Shown here: positions 1 to 9,806 of the stretch, one piece after another
Position numbering within the stretch: position 1 is the first letter of the stretch
Layout of the letters: the number at the start of each line of letters is the position of its first letter
Assembly: GCA_965371445.1 (NCBI GenBank)
Contig: CBDUYN010000009.1
Location: forward strand, 20,051 to 84,050
From: an uncultured bacterium
GTDB lineage: Bacteria; Acidobacteriota; Thermoanaerobaculia; Multivoradales; J023
Reading direction: 5' to 3'
Length of the DNA: 64,000 nucleotides
Made by a program: the position numbers and the translations under genes
The notes under the pieces: model-generated
Databases searched by the model: none
What the model saw: only the letters and a program-made list of their open reading frames with translations
What the model was told of the DNA's origin: nothing

Positions 1-186
1 CGACAGAGGGGTCGGCAACTCGAGGGACGCTCCCCCGGTCGCGCGGTCTCAAGTCGAGGGCGCCGCTACGCTGCGGCACCCGTCGTTCTGCTGTGTTGGA
101 GTCCCGGACGTGGGAAGATCAATCGGTCGATCCGGAGAAATGAGTTTCCGCGATTGCTTCTTCGGCCTTCGGGACTCTTAGTAGAC

Positions 187-813
187 ATGAGACGTGGTTC
201 TACCCATGACAAAGCCCTGGTGAAACGGCTCCTGGCCGGCGCCGAGGACGCCTACGACGAGCTCTTCGCCGTCCAGGTACCGCGCCTCTACCGGCTCGCC
301 CTGGCACGCCTCGACAACGACGCGGCCGCCGCCGAGGACGTCGTGCAGACGACGCTCATCCGGGCGATGGCGAAGCTGACGACCTACCGCGGCGAAGCGT
401 CGCTCTTGACCTGGCTTTCGACCTTCTGCATCCGCGAGATCGGCGCCACGTACCGCAAGCGGCAACGCCGGCCGCGCGAGCTCCAGCTCAGCGAAGAGCT
501 CCCCGAGATCGCGACGGCCCTGGAGCTTCTGGAGACCTCAGGCGGCGGCCCGGAGGAGGAGACCCTGCGCGGCGAGCTCGTCCGGCTCGTCCACGCGACG
601 CTCGACCGGCTGCCGCCGCGCTACGGCGACGTCCTGGCGTGGAAGTATCTCGAAGGCCTTTCTGTCAAAGAGATCGCCGAACGGCTCGACACCGGCCCCA
701 CGGCGGTGCAATCGGTCCTGGCACGCGCCCGCGTGGCGTTTCGCGACGGCTTCGAGACGGTCGCCGCCGCCGCCCAGCTCACAGCTCTCAGGCCCAGGAG
801 GGAAAGCGCATGA
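187..813 (+). CDS. ECF-type RNA polymerase sigma-70 factor (FecI-like context)
   Basis: Region 2 (AEDVVQTTLIRA...YRGEASLLTWL) and region 4 HTH (LPPRYGDVLAWKYLEGLSVKEIAERL...VLARAR). ATG at 187 preferred over TTG at 154. Stop overlaps the next start (ATGA). Confidence 0.92.
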   Translation: MRRGSTHDKALVKRLLAGAEDAYDELFAVQVPRLYRLALARLDNDAAAAEDVVQTTLIRAMAKLTTYRGEASLLTWLSTFCIREIGATYRKRQRRPRELQLSEELPEIATALELLETSGGGPEEETLRGELVRLVHATLDRLPPRYGDVLAWKYLEGLSVKEIAERLDTGPTAVQSVLARARVAFRDGFETVAAAAQLTALRPRRESA

Positions 814-1832
814 GCGAAGACCTCTACAAGACCGACACGGCGAACGCTCCCGAAGACGACAGCGCCGTCCACCGCCTTCTGAGCCTTGCCGGTCCGCGTC
901 CCGAGCTGACGGCGCAGCAGGTGTCGCGGCTCCAGGCGGCCGTGCGTCCTCACTGGCAGGCCGCGGTCGTGCCCCACCGTCCGTTCTGGAAGCTGCCGGT
1001 CTTCTGGGGTTTCGGAGGTGGGCTCGTCGTGGCTGCGGCGCTTCTCGCCGCGGCGCTCGGGCTTTTTCGCCTCGAGCCGTGGCTCCCCGGAAGCGAGTGG
1101 CTCCTCGCCGAGCTCGTCACGGCTACGGGCGAGGTTTCACGCCGGCCCTCCGGGACGCCCAGCGAAGCGGATCGCCTCGCCGTCGGAGAGGGAGTCCGTC
1201 AAGGCGACCACCTGGCCGTCGACAAGGGACGGGCGGCGCTGCGGCTTCCAAGTGGCGCCTCCGTGCGGCTCGACACCGGTACCCGCGTCCGATTCCTCGC
1301 GCCGGACCGCTTGAGCCTGGAGCACGGTGCCGTCTACGTCGACTCCCACGGCGACAGGATCGAGATCCACACCTCCCTGGGGGTGGTCGAGGAGATCGGT
1401 ACCCAGTTCGAGGTCCGCCTCCTCGATCAAAGCCTCCGCCTGCGGGTCCGCGAAGGCAGAGTCGTCCTCCACCACGACCAGGGCGACGACGAAGGCGGGC
1501 AAGGCGAAGAGCTCCTCCTCGTCCCCGGGGCGCCTCTCGTGCGCGCCGCCGTGGCCACGCACGGCAGTGTGTGGAGCTGGGTCCAGGAGGTGGCGCCGTC
1601 GATCGCGTTCGACGACCGCACCCTTCAGAGCTACCTCGACTGGGTCGCCAGAGAGACGGGACTCGAGCTTCGGTTCTCCGATCCCGCGCTGGCCGCGAGA
1701 GCGCCGGAAACCCAGGTCCACGGCGACGTCACGGGCCTCGCGCCGGAGGAAACGCTCGCGCTCGTGCTGCCGGCCTGTGGGGCCCGGCATCGGATCGTCG
1801 GAGGCGTGCTCGTCGTCGAGCCGCTGTTCTAG
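810..1832 (+). CDS. FecR-family anti-sigma factor / transmembrane sensor
   Basis: ATGA coupling to the sigma gene, one TM helix (GGGLVVAAALLAAALGLF), FecR motifs (LPSGASVRLD, LEHGAVYVD, IGTQFEVR, VREGRV) and a C-terminal FecR_C-like segment. Confidence 0.9.
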   Translation: MSEDLYKTDTANAPEDDSAVHRLLSLAGPRPELTAQQVSRLQAAVRPHWQAAVVPHRPFWKLPVFWGFGGGLVVAAALLAAALGLFRLEPWLPGSEWLLAELVTATGEVSRRPSGTPSEADRLAVGEGVRQGDHLAVDKGRAALRLPSGASVRLDTGTRVRFLAPDRLSLEHGAVYVDSHGDRIEIHTSLGVVEEIGTQFEVRLLDQSLRLRVREGRVVLHHDQGDDEGGQGEELLLVPGAPLVRAAVATHGSVWSWVQEVAPSIAFDDRTLQSYLDWVARETGLELRFSDPALAARAPETQVHGDVTGLAPEETLALVLPACGARHRIVGGVLVVEPLF

Positions 1833-2054
1833 AAAGCTCGGGCCGCGCGGGCGCCCCCCCGGCCGGCGGCCAGGAAGGTCTCTCCCCCGCGGAAAGTGGT
1901 TCGACCCCGCAGTGACAGGGACCCTTTGGAGCCTGCAAATGCGGGGATTTACCTTTCGGAGAAGAAAAAGGCCGGGCTTAGCCTCTGCGGCCGAGAGCTC
2001 GCCGCGTCGCGACGCCCTCTTCGACGCTCCGCGTCGCCCTCCCCCGCCCGAGCC

Positions 2055-2101
2055 GTGACATCCGGGACCGCGAGCCGGTAGACTCCCGCAGTCTAAAGGA
2101 G
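2055..2101 (+). promoter_or_regulatory. Putative sigma70 promoter with overlapping palindromic operator, plus RBS, for the first island gene
   Basis: GTGACA (2055-2060)-N18-TAGACT (2079-2084); inverted repeat TAGACT-N5-AGTCTA (2079-2095); AAGGAG (2096-2101) before TTG at 2110. Confidence 0.5.
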
Positions 2102-2109
2102 TCCCCGAC

Positions 2110-2850
2110 TTGCTGACGCTACCGCTCAACGGCCTGCCCGCCGCCCAGAAGCCCCTCGCGGCCTACGCCGCCGCCGTCCTCCACGCCCTCGCCCGCGACG
2201 AGCAAGCCGGACGACGACCCCGACGCCTCACCGAAGACGGCCTCGCCACCTGGCAACGCTTCCGACACCTCCTCGGACCCGCACACCTCCTCGAGCTCCT
2301 CGCCGAAGACGCCGCCGTCGGCCATAGCGTCCCCTTCGACGCCGGAGCCCTCCTCGACGGACCCGGCCTCGACAGCCTCGACAACGAGCTCGTCGCCACA
2401 TGGCTCGACGCTCTCTCCCAGCTCGACCTCGGCGCCGACAGCGTCGCCTACGTCCAGGCCCAGGCACGCCTCCTCGGCATCAGCGACCGCATGGCCCGCA
2501 CCGACCTCCACAAGGTCCAGCCCCACCACAAGATTCTCGAGCTCCCCGGATCCGGCGGACAGCTCAGCCACTTCCTCGCCCACCGCGACGGCATCTATCT
2601 GCAAGACGCCGTCTCCATCGCCTGCAAGGACAAGACCGAGCTCATCCTCGCCGGCCTCATCGCCGTCGAGCTCGGCGCCCCCGACGCGCAAGCCTTCGCC
2701 AGCGTCGACCCCGACCTCCGGGAAGCCCGCCAGGACACCCGACGCACCAGCTTCCACTACGTCGTCGGACGAGCCCCCGACAAGGGCGGCCTATATAGAA
2801 AGGAACGACTCCTCGAGATCTTTCCCACGGCTACCGTCCTTCTCGTCTGA
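2110..2850 (+). CDS. Hypothetical protein heading the BREX operon; possible degenerate Rossmann/SAM-binding motif
   Basis: 246-aa ORF with a clear RBS and strong codon bias like pglW, ending 26 bp before pglW. ILELPGSGGQL resembles class I methyltransferase motif I. Confidence 0.8.
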   Translation: MLTLPLNGLPAAQKPLAAYAAAVLHALARDEQAGRRPRRLTEDGLATWQRFRHLLGPAHLLELLAEDAAVGHSVPFDAGALLDGPGLDSLDNELVATWLDALSQLDLGADSVAYVQAQARLLGISDRMARTDLHKVQPHHKILELPGSGGQLSHFLAHRDGIYLQDAVSIACKDKTELILAGLIAVELGAPDAQAFASVDPDLREARQDTRRTSFHYVVGRAPDKGGLYRKERLLEIFPTATVLLV

Positions 2851-2876
2851 TCCGATCCTGGGAAAACCTGAATCGA

Positions 2877-5466
2877 ATGTGCGCAGAGTTCCACCAAGTC
2901 GGCGAGGTCGCCAACGACGCTGAACGCGGCGCCCTCGAGTTCCTCCGCGACCAGTTGCCCGACGACTACGTCGTCTACGGCAATCCCTGGCTCGTCCAGC
3001 ACAGCGGACAGGTCTTCGAGGTCGACGCCGTCGTCGTCGGCGAGAACGCCGTTTACGTCGTCGAGATGAAGGCCTACCGGGGACGCGTCACCGGCAACGA
3101 GCACGACTGGACCGTCAACAGGAGCTACCGCAAGAGCCCCGTCAAGCTCAACCGCAAGACCGCACAGATTCTCAAGACCGAGCTCAAACGCAAGAACGGC
3201 GAGGCGCGCCGCATCTGGGTCCAGGGCTTCGTCTTCCTCACCCACACCGCGCTCAACGAGCTGACCGGACAGGTCTGCCGAGACACCGTCTACACACGCT
3301 CCACCATCCTCGGAGCCCTGAAGAACGCTGCCCTCGTCCACCGCCTGAGCGGTGGACCCGCGCGGACACCGTCCGCGGGACTCCGCGCCTCGATCCACGA
3401 GCTGCTGAAGGGCGCCGACCCCGCCCGCCGTCCGCGCCGTACCCTCGGGGACTACCAGCTCAAGGGCGTCTACGACCGCACCGAAAGCTACGTCGAGCAC
3501 CACGGTTACAACGAAGCCGCCGACACCGAACGGATCCTGCGCTTCTGGGAAGTACCGCCCCTGGCCAGCGACGAGAAGCGCGACGCCGTCCGTCGCCGGG
3601 CGATCTGGGCATCGAGGATCCTCGCAGGACTCGTCCATCGCCATATCCTCCGCAGCGACCCCCTCGTCGAAGTCGACGTCGGTTACGTCCTCCCCCTGGA
3701 GTACTTCCCCGGCCTGACGCTCACCACCTGGCTGGAACGACACGGACCGAGCCTCCGCGAAAACCAGGACGACGACATTCCAGCCCGCGTCGCCCTGTGG
3801 CGCAAGATCGCCGGCGCCATGCGTCACGCCCACGACCAGGGCGTCGTCCACCGGCTGCTGCGACCGGACGTCGTCTGGGTCGAGGACAAGACCGACGACC
3901 CGGACCTGCGCGTCGGCGGCTTCGACCTCGCCAAACGGCTCCGCTCCGACGACACCGTCTCCTGGACCGCCGTCGGTGACGAACGGCTCGACTTCGCCGC
4001 CCCCGAGATCGTCAACGCCTTCAGCGACGCCGAATTCGAGTCCGACCAGTTCAGCCTCGGTGCCCTCCTCGGCCTCTTGCTCACCGGCAGGCCCCTCTTC
4101 GCCAGCACCCTCGACTACATGCAAAAGGGACGCCTCCCCGCCCGACCCAGGGACTTGAACCCACGCCTCCCCGGCGCTCTCGACGAGTCCGTCGTCCGCA
4201 TGCTCGCCCTGCGCTCCCCCGACCGCTTCGCCAACCTCGAAGAGGCCGAAGACGCCGTCGTCCGTGCGATCGAACCCCGACGGCCCACTCGCCAACGCCC
4301 CGATCCGGCGCCCGTCGATCCCGATCACCTCGTCCCCGGGGTCCGTCTCGGCGACTTCGACGTCCGGGGTAAGCTCGGCGAAGGCGGCCAGGGCGTCGTC
4401 TATTCCGCCACCCACCGGGCCACCGGCTCCCTCCGCGCCCTCAAGATCGCCCGGCCCAACGACAAAGACCGCGAAGCCCTCCTCCGCGAGCACAAGCTCC
4501 TTGAAAAGCTCCACCACCCCGGCCTCGTCACCGTCCAGCTCCCCAGCGACACGATGGTCGCCGACCGACTCGTCCTCGTCATGGAGCACGTCGAGGGACG
4601 CACACTCCGTCAATGGCTGCCAGAGAACCCCGACGCCGACGCCGGCACACGGCACCGCTTCGCCGAAGACCTGCTCGGAGCCCTCGAATACCTCGAGCAG
4701 GAGGGCGTCACCCACAACGACTTGAAGCCCGACAACCTCCTCGTCGGCAAGGGCGGGCTGCGCGTCATCGACTTCAGCCTCGCCAGCGAAAAGGAAAACG
4801 AGGTCGCCCGCGGCGGGACCGCCCGTTACCGCGATCCCGCCATCTCGCACTGGTCCCACGCCTCCGACCGCTACGCCGCCGCCCTCTGCCTCTTCGAGCT
4901 CTTCGTAGGACGACACCCCTTCGGCGGACGCATCCGCAGTCTCGACGAAAAGCTCCAAGTCCAGGAAGGGGAAGTCGATCCGCCCGGCCTCGCCAAGTTC
5001 TTCCGCACGGCTCTCGACCACCGGCCGGAGGAGCGCTTCGCCTCGGTCCTCAAGATGCGCGACGCCCTCCGCAAGCACCTCGGCGATCACGTCGAGCCGG
5101 AGGCGCCGGTCCCCGCGGCGATCACCGACCTCCAGGCCGAAACCGAGGTCCACCGGCTGCAACTCTCGAACCGCGCCGTCAACCAGCTACGCCGCGCCGG
5201 TGTCGCCACCGCCGGCGCCCTGCTCGCCCTCGAGCCCGGCCAGATCCGGGCGCTCCGTTCTGTTGGCACCAAGACCGCCACCGAGATCGTCCGCGTCCAG
5301 GACGAGATCCGCGAGCGCGGCCTCGAAGCCGTCGTACGACCAGAAGTCACCGTACGGCCCGCCCTCTTCCCGGAGCTCATCGACGACGAAGCACCGATCC
5401 GCGATCTCCCCGGCGTCACCGAGAACCTCGCCCAGGCTCTCGAGACGGCCAGCCTCGGCAGCCTGC
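2877..5466 (+). pseudogene. pglW: BREX type 2 / Pgl kinase PglW (NERD + two kinase domains + RNAP alpha-CTD-like HhH), 3'-truncated
   Basis: NERD (EVDAVVV...VEMKAY); degenerate kinase 1 (VVHRLLRPDVVW, GFDLAK); kinase 2 (LGEGGQGVVY, ALK, HNDLKPDN, DFSLA); alpha-CTD-like LSNRAVNQLRRAGV...VGTKT. Codon bias collapses at ~5465 and the frame runs on antisense to vsr until 6359. Confidence 0.8.
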
Positions 5467-5903
5467 ACCAATGGCCTCGCGGAATGCGTACAAACCGGAT
5501 AGCATGCCAGCACACCGACTCACCGACGCGCCGCCTAGATCTCGCTCCCGCGAAACCGGCTGATCCTCGGAGAGAAAGCATGTCGACCAAACGCCAAGGC
5601 CTGTACCGCCTGAAACGCGACGAGTTCCTCGCCGCCTTCAACTTGAACGTCGAGAACCGGCGGCAGCGCCGCCCGCCTCGTCGATGCACTGGGACGCTCG
5701 CACAAGGGCGGTTTGCCCCGAGCTCAGACCGCGGTGCCACGGGTTCTTTCAAGGAACTCTGCCAGGAGATGGGTCTCGCTGGCGGTGAGCGCGCCAAGCC
5801 TGACATCGTCGTACACAAGGCCGCCGCCTACCACGATCAAGCTCGGGAGTCTGCTCGAAGGGCTGCGGCCGGACCCGGCAGCATGAGGATGCAGCGTCTC
5901 ACA

Positions 5904-6317
5904 TCAAGGCTTGAGAGCATTGACCCGAGCGACAAGCGCTTGAAGCCGCTCGTCGCTGATCTCGCACTCCCAGACTACTTCGACCTTCCATCCAGCAGCT
6001 TCAAGCGCCGCGATGGCCTTCGCGTCCCGATCCTTCGTGCGCTCAAACTTCCCATGCCAGTACGCCTGACGGCTCTTAGGAACACCGGATCGCGAGCAGC
6101 CCGGATGCTGATGCCAGAAACAGCCGTGAACAAAGACTACCGTCCGATACCTCGGCAGCACTATGTCAGGAGATCCGGGGAGCCGTTTGGAGTGGATCCT
6201 GAAGCGCAGGCCGGAGCGGTGCAAGAAAGAGCGAACACGCCGCTCAGGGCCGGTGTCCCGATTCGGTACCCGACTCATCATGCGACTTCTAGTCTCGGGG
6301 CTCACAAAATCTGCCAT
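5904..6317 (-). CDS. vsr: Very short patch repair (T:G mismatch) endonuclease
   Basis: Canonical Vsr motifs: RSRMMSRV...DTGPE, LPGSPDIV, FVHGCFWHQH, GWKVEVVWECE. Confidence 0.96.
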   Translation of the reverse strand: MADFVSPETRSRMMSRVPNRDTGPERRVRSFLHRSGLRFRIHSKRLPGSPDIVLPRYRTVVFVHGCFWHQHPGCSRSGVPKSRQAYWHGKFERTKDRDAKAIAALEAAGWKVEVVWECEISDERLQALVARVNALKP

Positions 6318-6355
6318 CACCGTACATTAGACCACAAGAGGAGTGGAGAAGCAAG

Positions 6356-8434
6356 ATGACCCGCACGACCGAAGATGCGCTGAAGATCGAAGTAGCCCCC
6401 GATATCGTCGAGACTCTGGGGTTGAACCTCTATACAAGCCTTCCCCGAGTCCTGGTCGAGTTCGTGGCCAACGCCTACGACGCCGACTCGCCATGGGTCA
6501 ACGTCATCATTGACGAAGGTCAAATCAAGGAGGCGAGAGAATCTCTTCGGGAAAGATGGAAAGAGGGAACTCTCGACAGACCTCTCGAAGAGCAGACCCT
6601 ACCCGAAGGCCTGACGCTAACTATTGAAGACCGCGGGCACGGCATGTCGCGAGTGGCCATCCAGGAGAAATTTTTGAGAATTGGTCTGAAGCGCCGCCTC
6701 AAAAAGGGCGGTGACCGATCTCCCAAGAGACGACCCGTCATGGGACGTAAGGGAATTGGGAAACTTGCAGGATTCGGCATTGCCCGTCGAGTGGACGTGT
6801 ATACTCGCCCAGAAGGGCAGGAGTATGCAATAAAATTTTCCCTGGACTATGATGAATTGATTGGCCACGAGACCACAGAAAACGTACTCGTTGAAGAGAG
6901 TAAAGTCTTGAACGGCGCAGGTCTTGAACCCTCCGGGACGCGCATAGTTCTATCCAGGCTAGCTTTTGAACCCTCTAGAGCAAGGGCTGAGACGATAAAA
7001 GGGCAAATAGCTCGCCACTTTTCTATCGTCAAGAAAGAGGAGTTCGACATTCGGCTGAATGGCGAGTCTGTCCCTCCGTTTACGCGCGACTATGCGTTTG
7101 CCTATCCGAACGACTCCACCGTTCCGCAGTCTCAACTCGTCGAAGATGAGGTCACGTTCGAAGATCAACGCTATTCTTTCAAGTATAGAATCCGCTTTAC
7201 TCCAAAGGGGAAGCAGCTTTCCGCTTCGGAGCGTGGGGTTAGGATCTATGCTCGACAAAGATTGGCGTCCGCTCCGTCTCTTTTGGACCTTGGTACAGGC
7301 ATGCATGGCTTTCAGAACACACACTATCTGGACGGCGAAGCACACGCAGACTTCATTGACGAGCAAATCGCCGACTACATTGCAAGCGACCGCCAAGACC
7401 TTCGTTGGGACACTTCGGTGCTGTCGCGACTGAGGAAGTTCCTGACCGAGGAGATGAAGCAAGCTTGTATAGCTTACCAAGGCACGAAAGAGGAAACTTC
7501 TGCACAGAAGGTCAAGAGCGACAGCTTCACCCGAAAAGTGATTCAAGAAGCCAATCTGCCGAAGCGGCGACGGGGTATTGCATTTCAACTTGCGGCAAAA
7601 TTGGCAGCCAGTTCAGCTGACGAAACAGAGGATGTCTATTATCGCGAGACACTCCCCGTCGTAGTCCAGGGTCTAGGTTTTGGCGGCCTGATGCTGGCGA
7701 TCAAAGAAATTTCCAAATCCGAGCATCCGAACTTTCCGGATCTCGTCAGGGCCCTGGCCGATCTCACGGCGGCCGAATTTGACGACTATAATAAGATCGT
7801 CACGGGGCGGCTCGAAGGCATTGAGGCACTTCGCAGGCTCTGCAAGTTTGCCGACTTCAAGCAAGGCAACAACGAGGAGAAGCTACACGAGCTACTCAAG
7901 AAGAACCCCTGGCTCATAGATCCAACGTTTTGGGCATTCTTGACTTCTAATCAAACTGAAAAAACCTTAAGCGCTGAACTCACTCAAGCCCTTAATATTG
8001 ACGACGCTCTCGAAGGGGGATATGAAAAAACCTCTGAAGAAGAAGTCGGAGCACTGAAGTCTAATAGGCGACCTGATTTAACTTTCGTCCTAAGTAGCGA
8101 CTCTCTCAATCGCATTGTCATCGTAGAATTGAAGGCGCCGAACACACCTCTTCATGTTGACCATTTGCAGCAGTTGAAAGATTATATGCGGGAAACTGAA
8201 CAATTTCTTAACGCGAAGAAGCCTGGAAACAGCTTCAAAATTGCAGGCTACCTAATTGGTTCTCGGGACTGGCAGAGTCATGCCAAGAAGATCAAAAGGT
8301 TGAGATACGACGAAGAAAAGCGTTCCGACAGTGCGGAATGGTATGTTTTTGACATAAATGAGTTATTAGAGAGGGCGGACAACGCACATCGAGAAATGCT
8401 CAACGTCTACGACAAGTACTCTGCCGAGGATTAG
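6356..8434 (+). CDS. GHKL (HATPase_c/MORC-like) ATPase fused to a C-terminal PD-(D/E)xK nuclease; probable restriction component
   Basis: GHKL motifs EFVANAYDA, DRGHGM, GRKGIGKLAG; C-terminal RRPDL...IVELKAP...QQLKDY nuclease signature; visibly lower GC; flanked by vsr and a C5 methyltransferase. Confidence 0.85.
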   Translation: MTRTTEDALKIEVAPDIVETLGLNLYTSLPRVLVEFVANAYDADSPWVNVIIDEGQIKEARESLRERWKEGTLDRPLEEQTLPEGLTLTIEDRGHGMSRVAIQEKFLRIGLKRRLKKGGDRSPKRRPVMGRKGIGKLAGFGIARRVDVYTRPEGQEYAIKFSLDYDELIGHETTENVLVEESKVLNGAGLEPSGTRIVLSRLAFEPSRARAETIKGQIARHFSIVKKEEFDIRLNGESVPPFTRDYAFAYPNDSTVPQSQLVEDEVTFEDQRYSFKYRIRFTPKGKQLSASERGVRIYARQRLASAPSLLDLGTGMHGFQNTHYLDGEAHADFIDEQIADYIASDRQDLRWDTSVLSRLRKFLTEEMKQACIAYQGTKEETSAQKVKSDSFTRKVIQEANLPKRRRGIAFQLAAKLAASSADETEDVYYRETLPVVVQGLGFGGLMLAIKEISKSEHPNFPDLVRALADLTAAEFDDYNKIVTGRLEGIEALRRLCKFADFKQGNNEEKLHELLKKNPWLIDPTFWAFLTSNQTEKTLSAELTQALNIDDALEGGYEKTSEEEVGALKSNRRPDLTFVLSSDSLNRIVIVELKAPNTPLHVDHLQQLKDYMRETEQFLNAKKPGNSFKIAGYLIGSRDWQSHAKKIKRLRYDEEKRSDSAEWYVFDINELLERADNAHREMLNVYDKYSAED

Positions 8435-9414
8435 TTAAATGCAGCTCGGGCCGCGCGTGCAACAGCGCGGCCTAGGACCACAGGTACGCCGTTACCTATC
8501 TGTCTTGCGATTTGGGTAGCATAACCCTCAAACTCCCAGTCGTCGGGAATCGTATGGAGTCGAGCGGCCTCCCGTAACGAGATGACCCTGTTCTGATCGG
8601 GGTGTATGTATCGCCCCTTTGACGCGTTTTGCAAGGCCGTCCGCAACGTGTTGCTAGCGCTGTTCCATGTCATTCGCCCCCACGCGTCGGTCACCTGACA
8701 CCGAAGGTTCCACCACGACGGCGGGGTCAATTCCGGCGCAATCCTCATGATGTCTCGTTTGTCGCCGCCTGGAGGGACGACCCGCATTCGGGCCAACGCC
8801 ACGGGGGAAGGTTCCGGAGCGTAGTGATTCCGCTTACCGTCCGGCTCGGGAGGAAGACCCTTCCATGCGCTACGTACCGTCCGTTCACCGGGCGTCACCA
8901 CAGGTATCGGCGGCGGGAGGGGTATTCTTGAAGCTACGGCGAACAGGCGGCGCCTTCTCTGGGGGACTCCGTAGCTGTATGCGTCGAGAGTCCACGCTCT
9001 TGTGCGGTAACCCTGGCGTCGAAGCCGCCTCTGCAGTCGCTTCCAAATCGCCGAATCCGCAAACGCAGCGACGTTCTCGATCACCACGACTTGTGGTCGA
9101 AGGCGCCGGGCCCAGTCTGCGACTCTAAGGCTCAAGAGATTCCTGGGGTCGTCCGGATTACGTCGGCCCAATGTAGAGAATCCCTGGCACGGAGGTCCGG
9201 CGATCAGGACGTCGCAATCGCCGTAGGGTTCGAGTCGGCCAAGATCCTCAACCTCGACATGTGCGCCAAGATTACGCCGGTACGTCGCTGCGGCTGCCTT
9301 GTCCAGTTCGATGGCGCGAATCAGCTCAAAGCCCTCCGCCGCAAAAGCGCTGCCAAGAAGACCTGCGCCGGCAAACAGATCGACGACGGTCGGTTGTCTT
9401 CTCCTCAACGGCAT
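8431..9414 (-). CDS. dcm: DNA (cytosine-5)-methyltransferase
   Basis: Motif I DLFAGAG, catalytic GPPCQGFS, ENV, QRRRR, LREAARL and IGNGVP. Convergent with the ATPase-nuclease gene, with overlapping stops. Confidence 0.95.
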   Translation of the reverse strand: MPLRRRQPTVVDLFAGAGLLGSAFAAEGFELIRAIELDKAAAATYRRNLGAHVEVEDLGRLEPYGDCDVLIAGPPCQGFSTLGRRNPDDPRNLLSLRVADWARRLRPQVVVIENVAAFADSAIWKRLQRRLRRQGYRTRAWTLDAYSYGVPQRRRRLFAVASRIPLPPPIPVVTPGERTVRSAWKGLPPEPDGKRNHYAPEPSPVALARMRVVPPGGDKRDIMRIAPELTPPSWWNLRCQVTDAWGRMTWNSASNTLRTALQNASKGRYIHPDQNRVISLREAARLHTIPDDWEFEGYATQIARQIGNGVPVVLGRAVARAARAAFN

Positions 9415-9535
9415 TTGGCTCCTACTCCACAGGGTGCTAAGATGTCATGACGTCATTGTTCAGACTCTCGGTCGATGCCCGGAGCCTTCAGGGACCGAAT
9501 CATACGCCGAGGACTCGGCCAAAGCCAAGCCTCAG

Positions 9536-9806
9536 TCAAGCCAAGGCGTAGTCGGAGAGGATCTCGATCTGCTCGAGTGTCCTCGAAGTGCCAGCGCAGC
9601 CGGTGCAGCACGTGCAGGGCGACCCGGTACGGATCGAGCGAGACGATCGTCAGGATCGGGCGGGACTCCGGCTCTTGAGGCCCCGCCTAGCCGAAGTCGA
9701 GCCGTTGCCAGTCGCTCGTGAGCACCGGCAGGAAGAAGCCGATGTGCTCGCGGGAAGCCTTGACCAGCGGCCGAATATGGGTGAGGCCGATTCCGAGGAG
9801 GTCGAC
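9536..9806 (-). pseudogene. 3' remnant of an unidentified gene (internal stop and apparent frameshift)
   Basis: Minus strand reads VDLLGIGLTHIRPLVKASREHIGFFLPVLTSDWQRLDFG*AGPQEPESRPILTIVSLDPYRVALHVLHRLRWHFED, then LEQIEILSDYALA* in another frame. It meets pglY at GTCGAC (9801-9806). Confidence 0.35.

Noticed and set aside
2757-5162. Long antisense ORFs (also 19291-21480, 33502-36216, 39319-41154, 41188-43167, 43516-46332 and many shorter ones)
   Set aside because: Shadow ORFs typical of high-GC coding DNA; they lie opposite genes with clear motifs and carry none themselves.
5467-6359. C-terminal ~300 aa of the 1160-aa PglW ORF as a novel domain
   Set aside because: Codon bias is lost after ~5465 and the last part is the antisense of a canonical vsr gene, so it is read-through past a breakpoint.
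9427-9436. CCACAGGGTG shared with 29961-29970 as a recombination site
   Set aside because: A 10-bp match is expected by chance in 64 kb and the flanks do not extend it.
9588-9800. N-terminus of the 1092-aa ORF as part of PglY
   Set aside because: It has no Walker A and reads better as a gene remnant on the minus strand.
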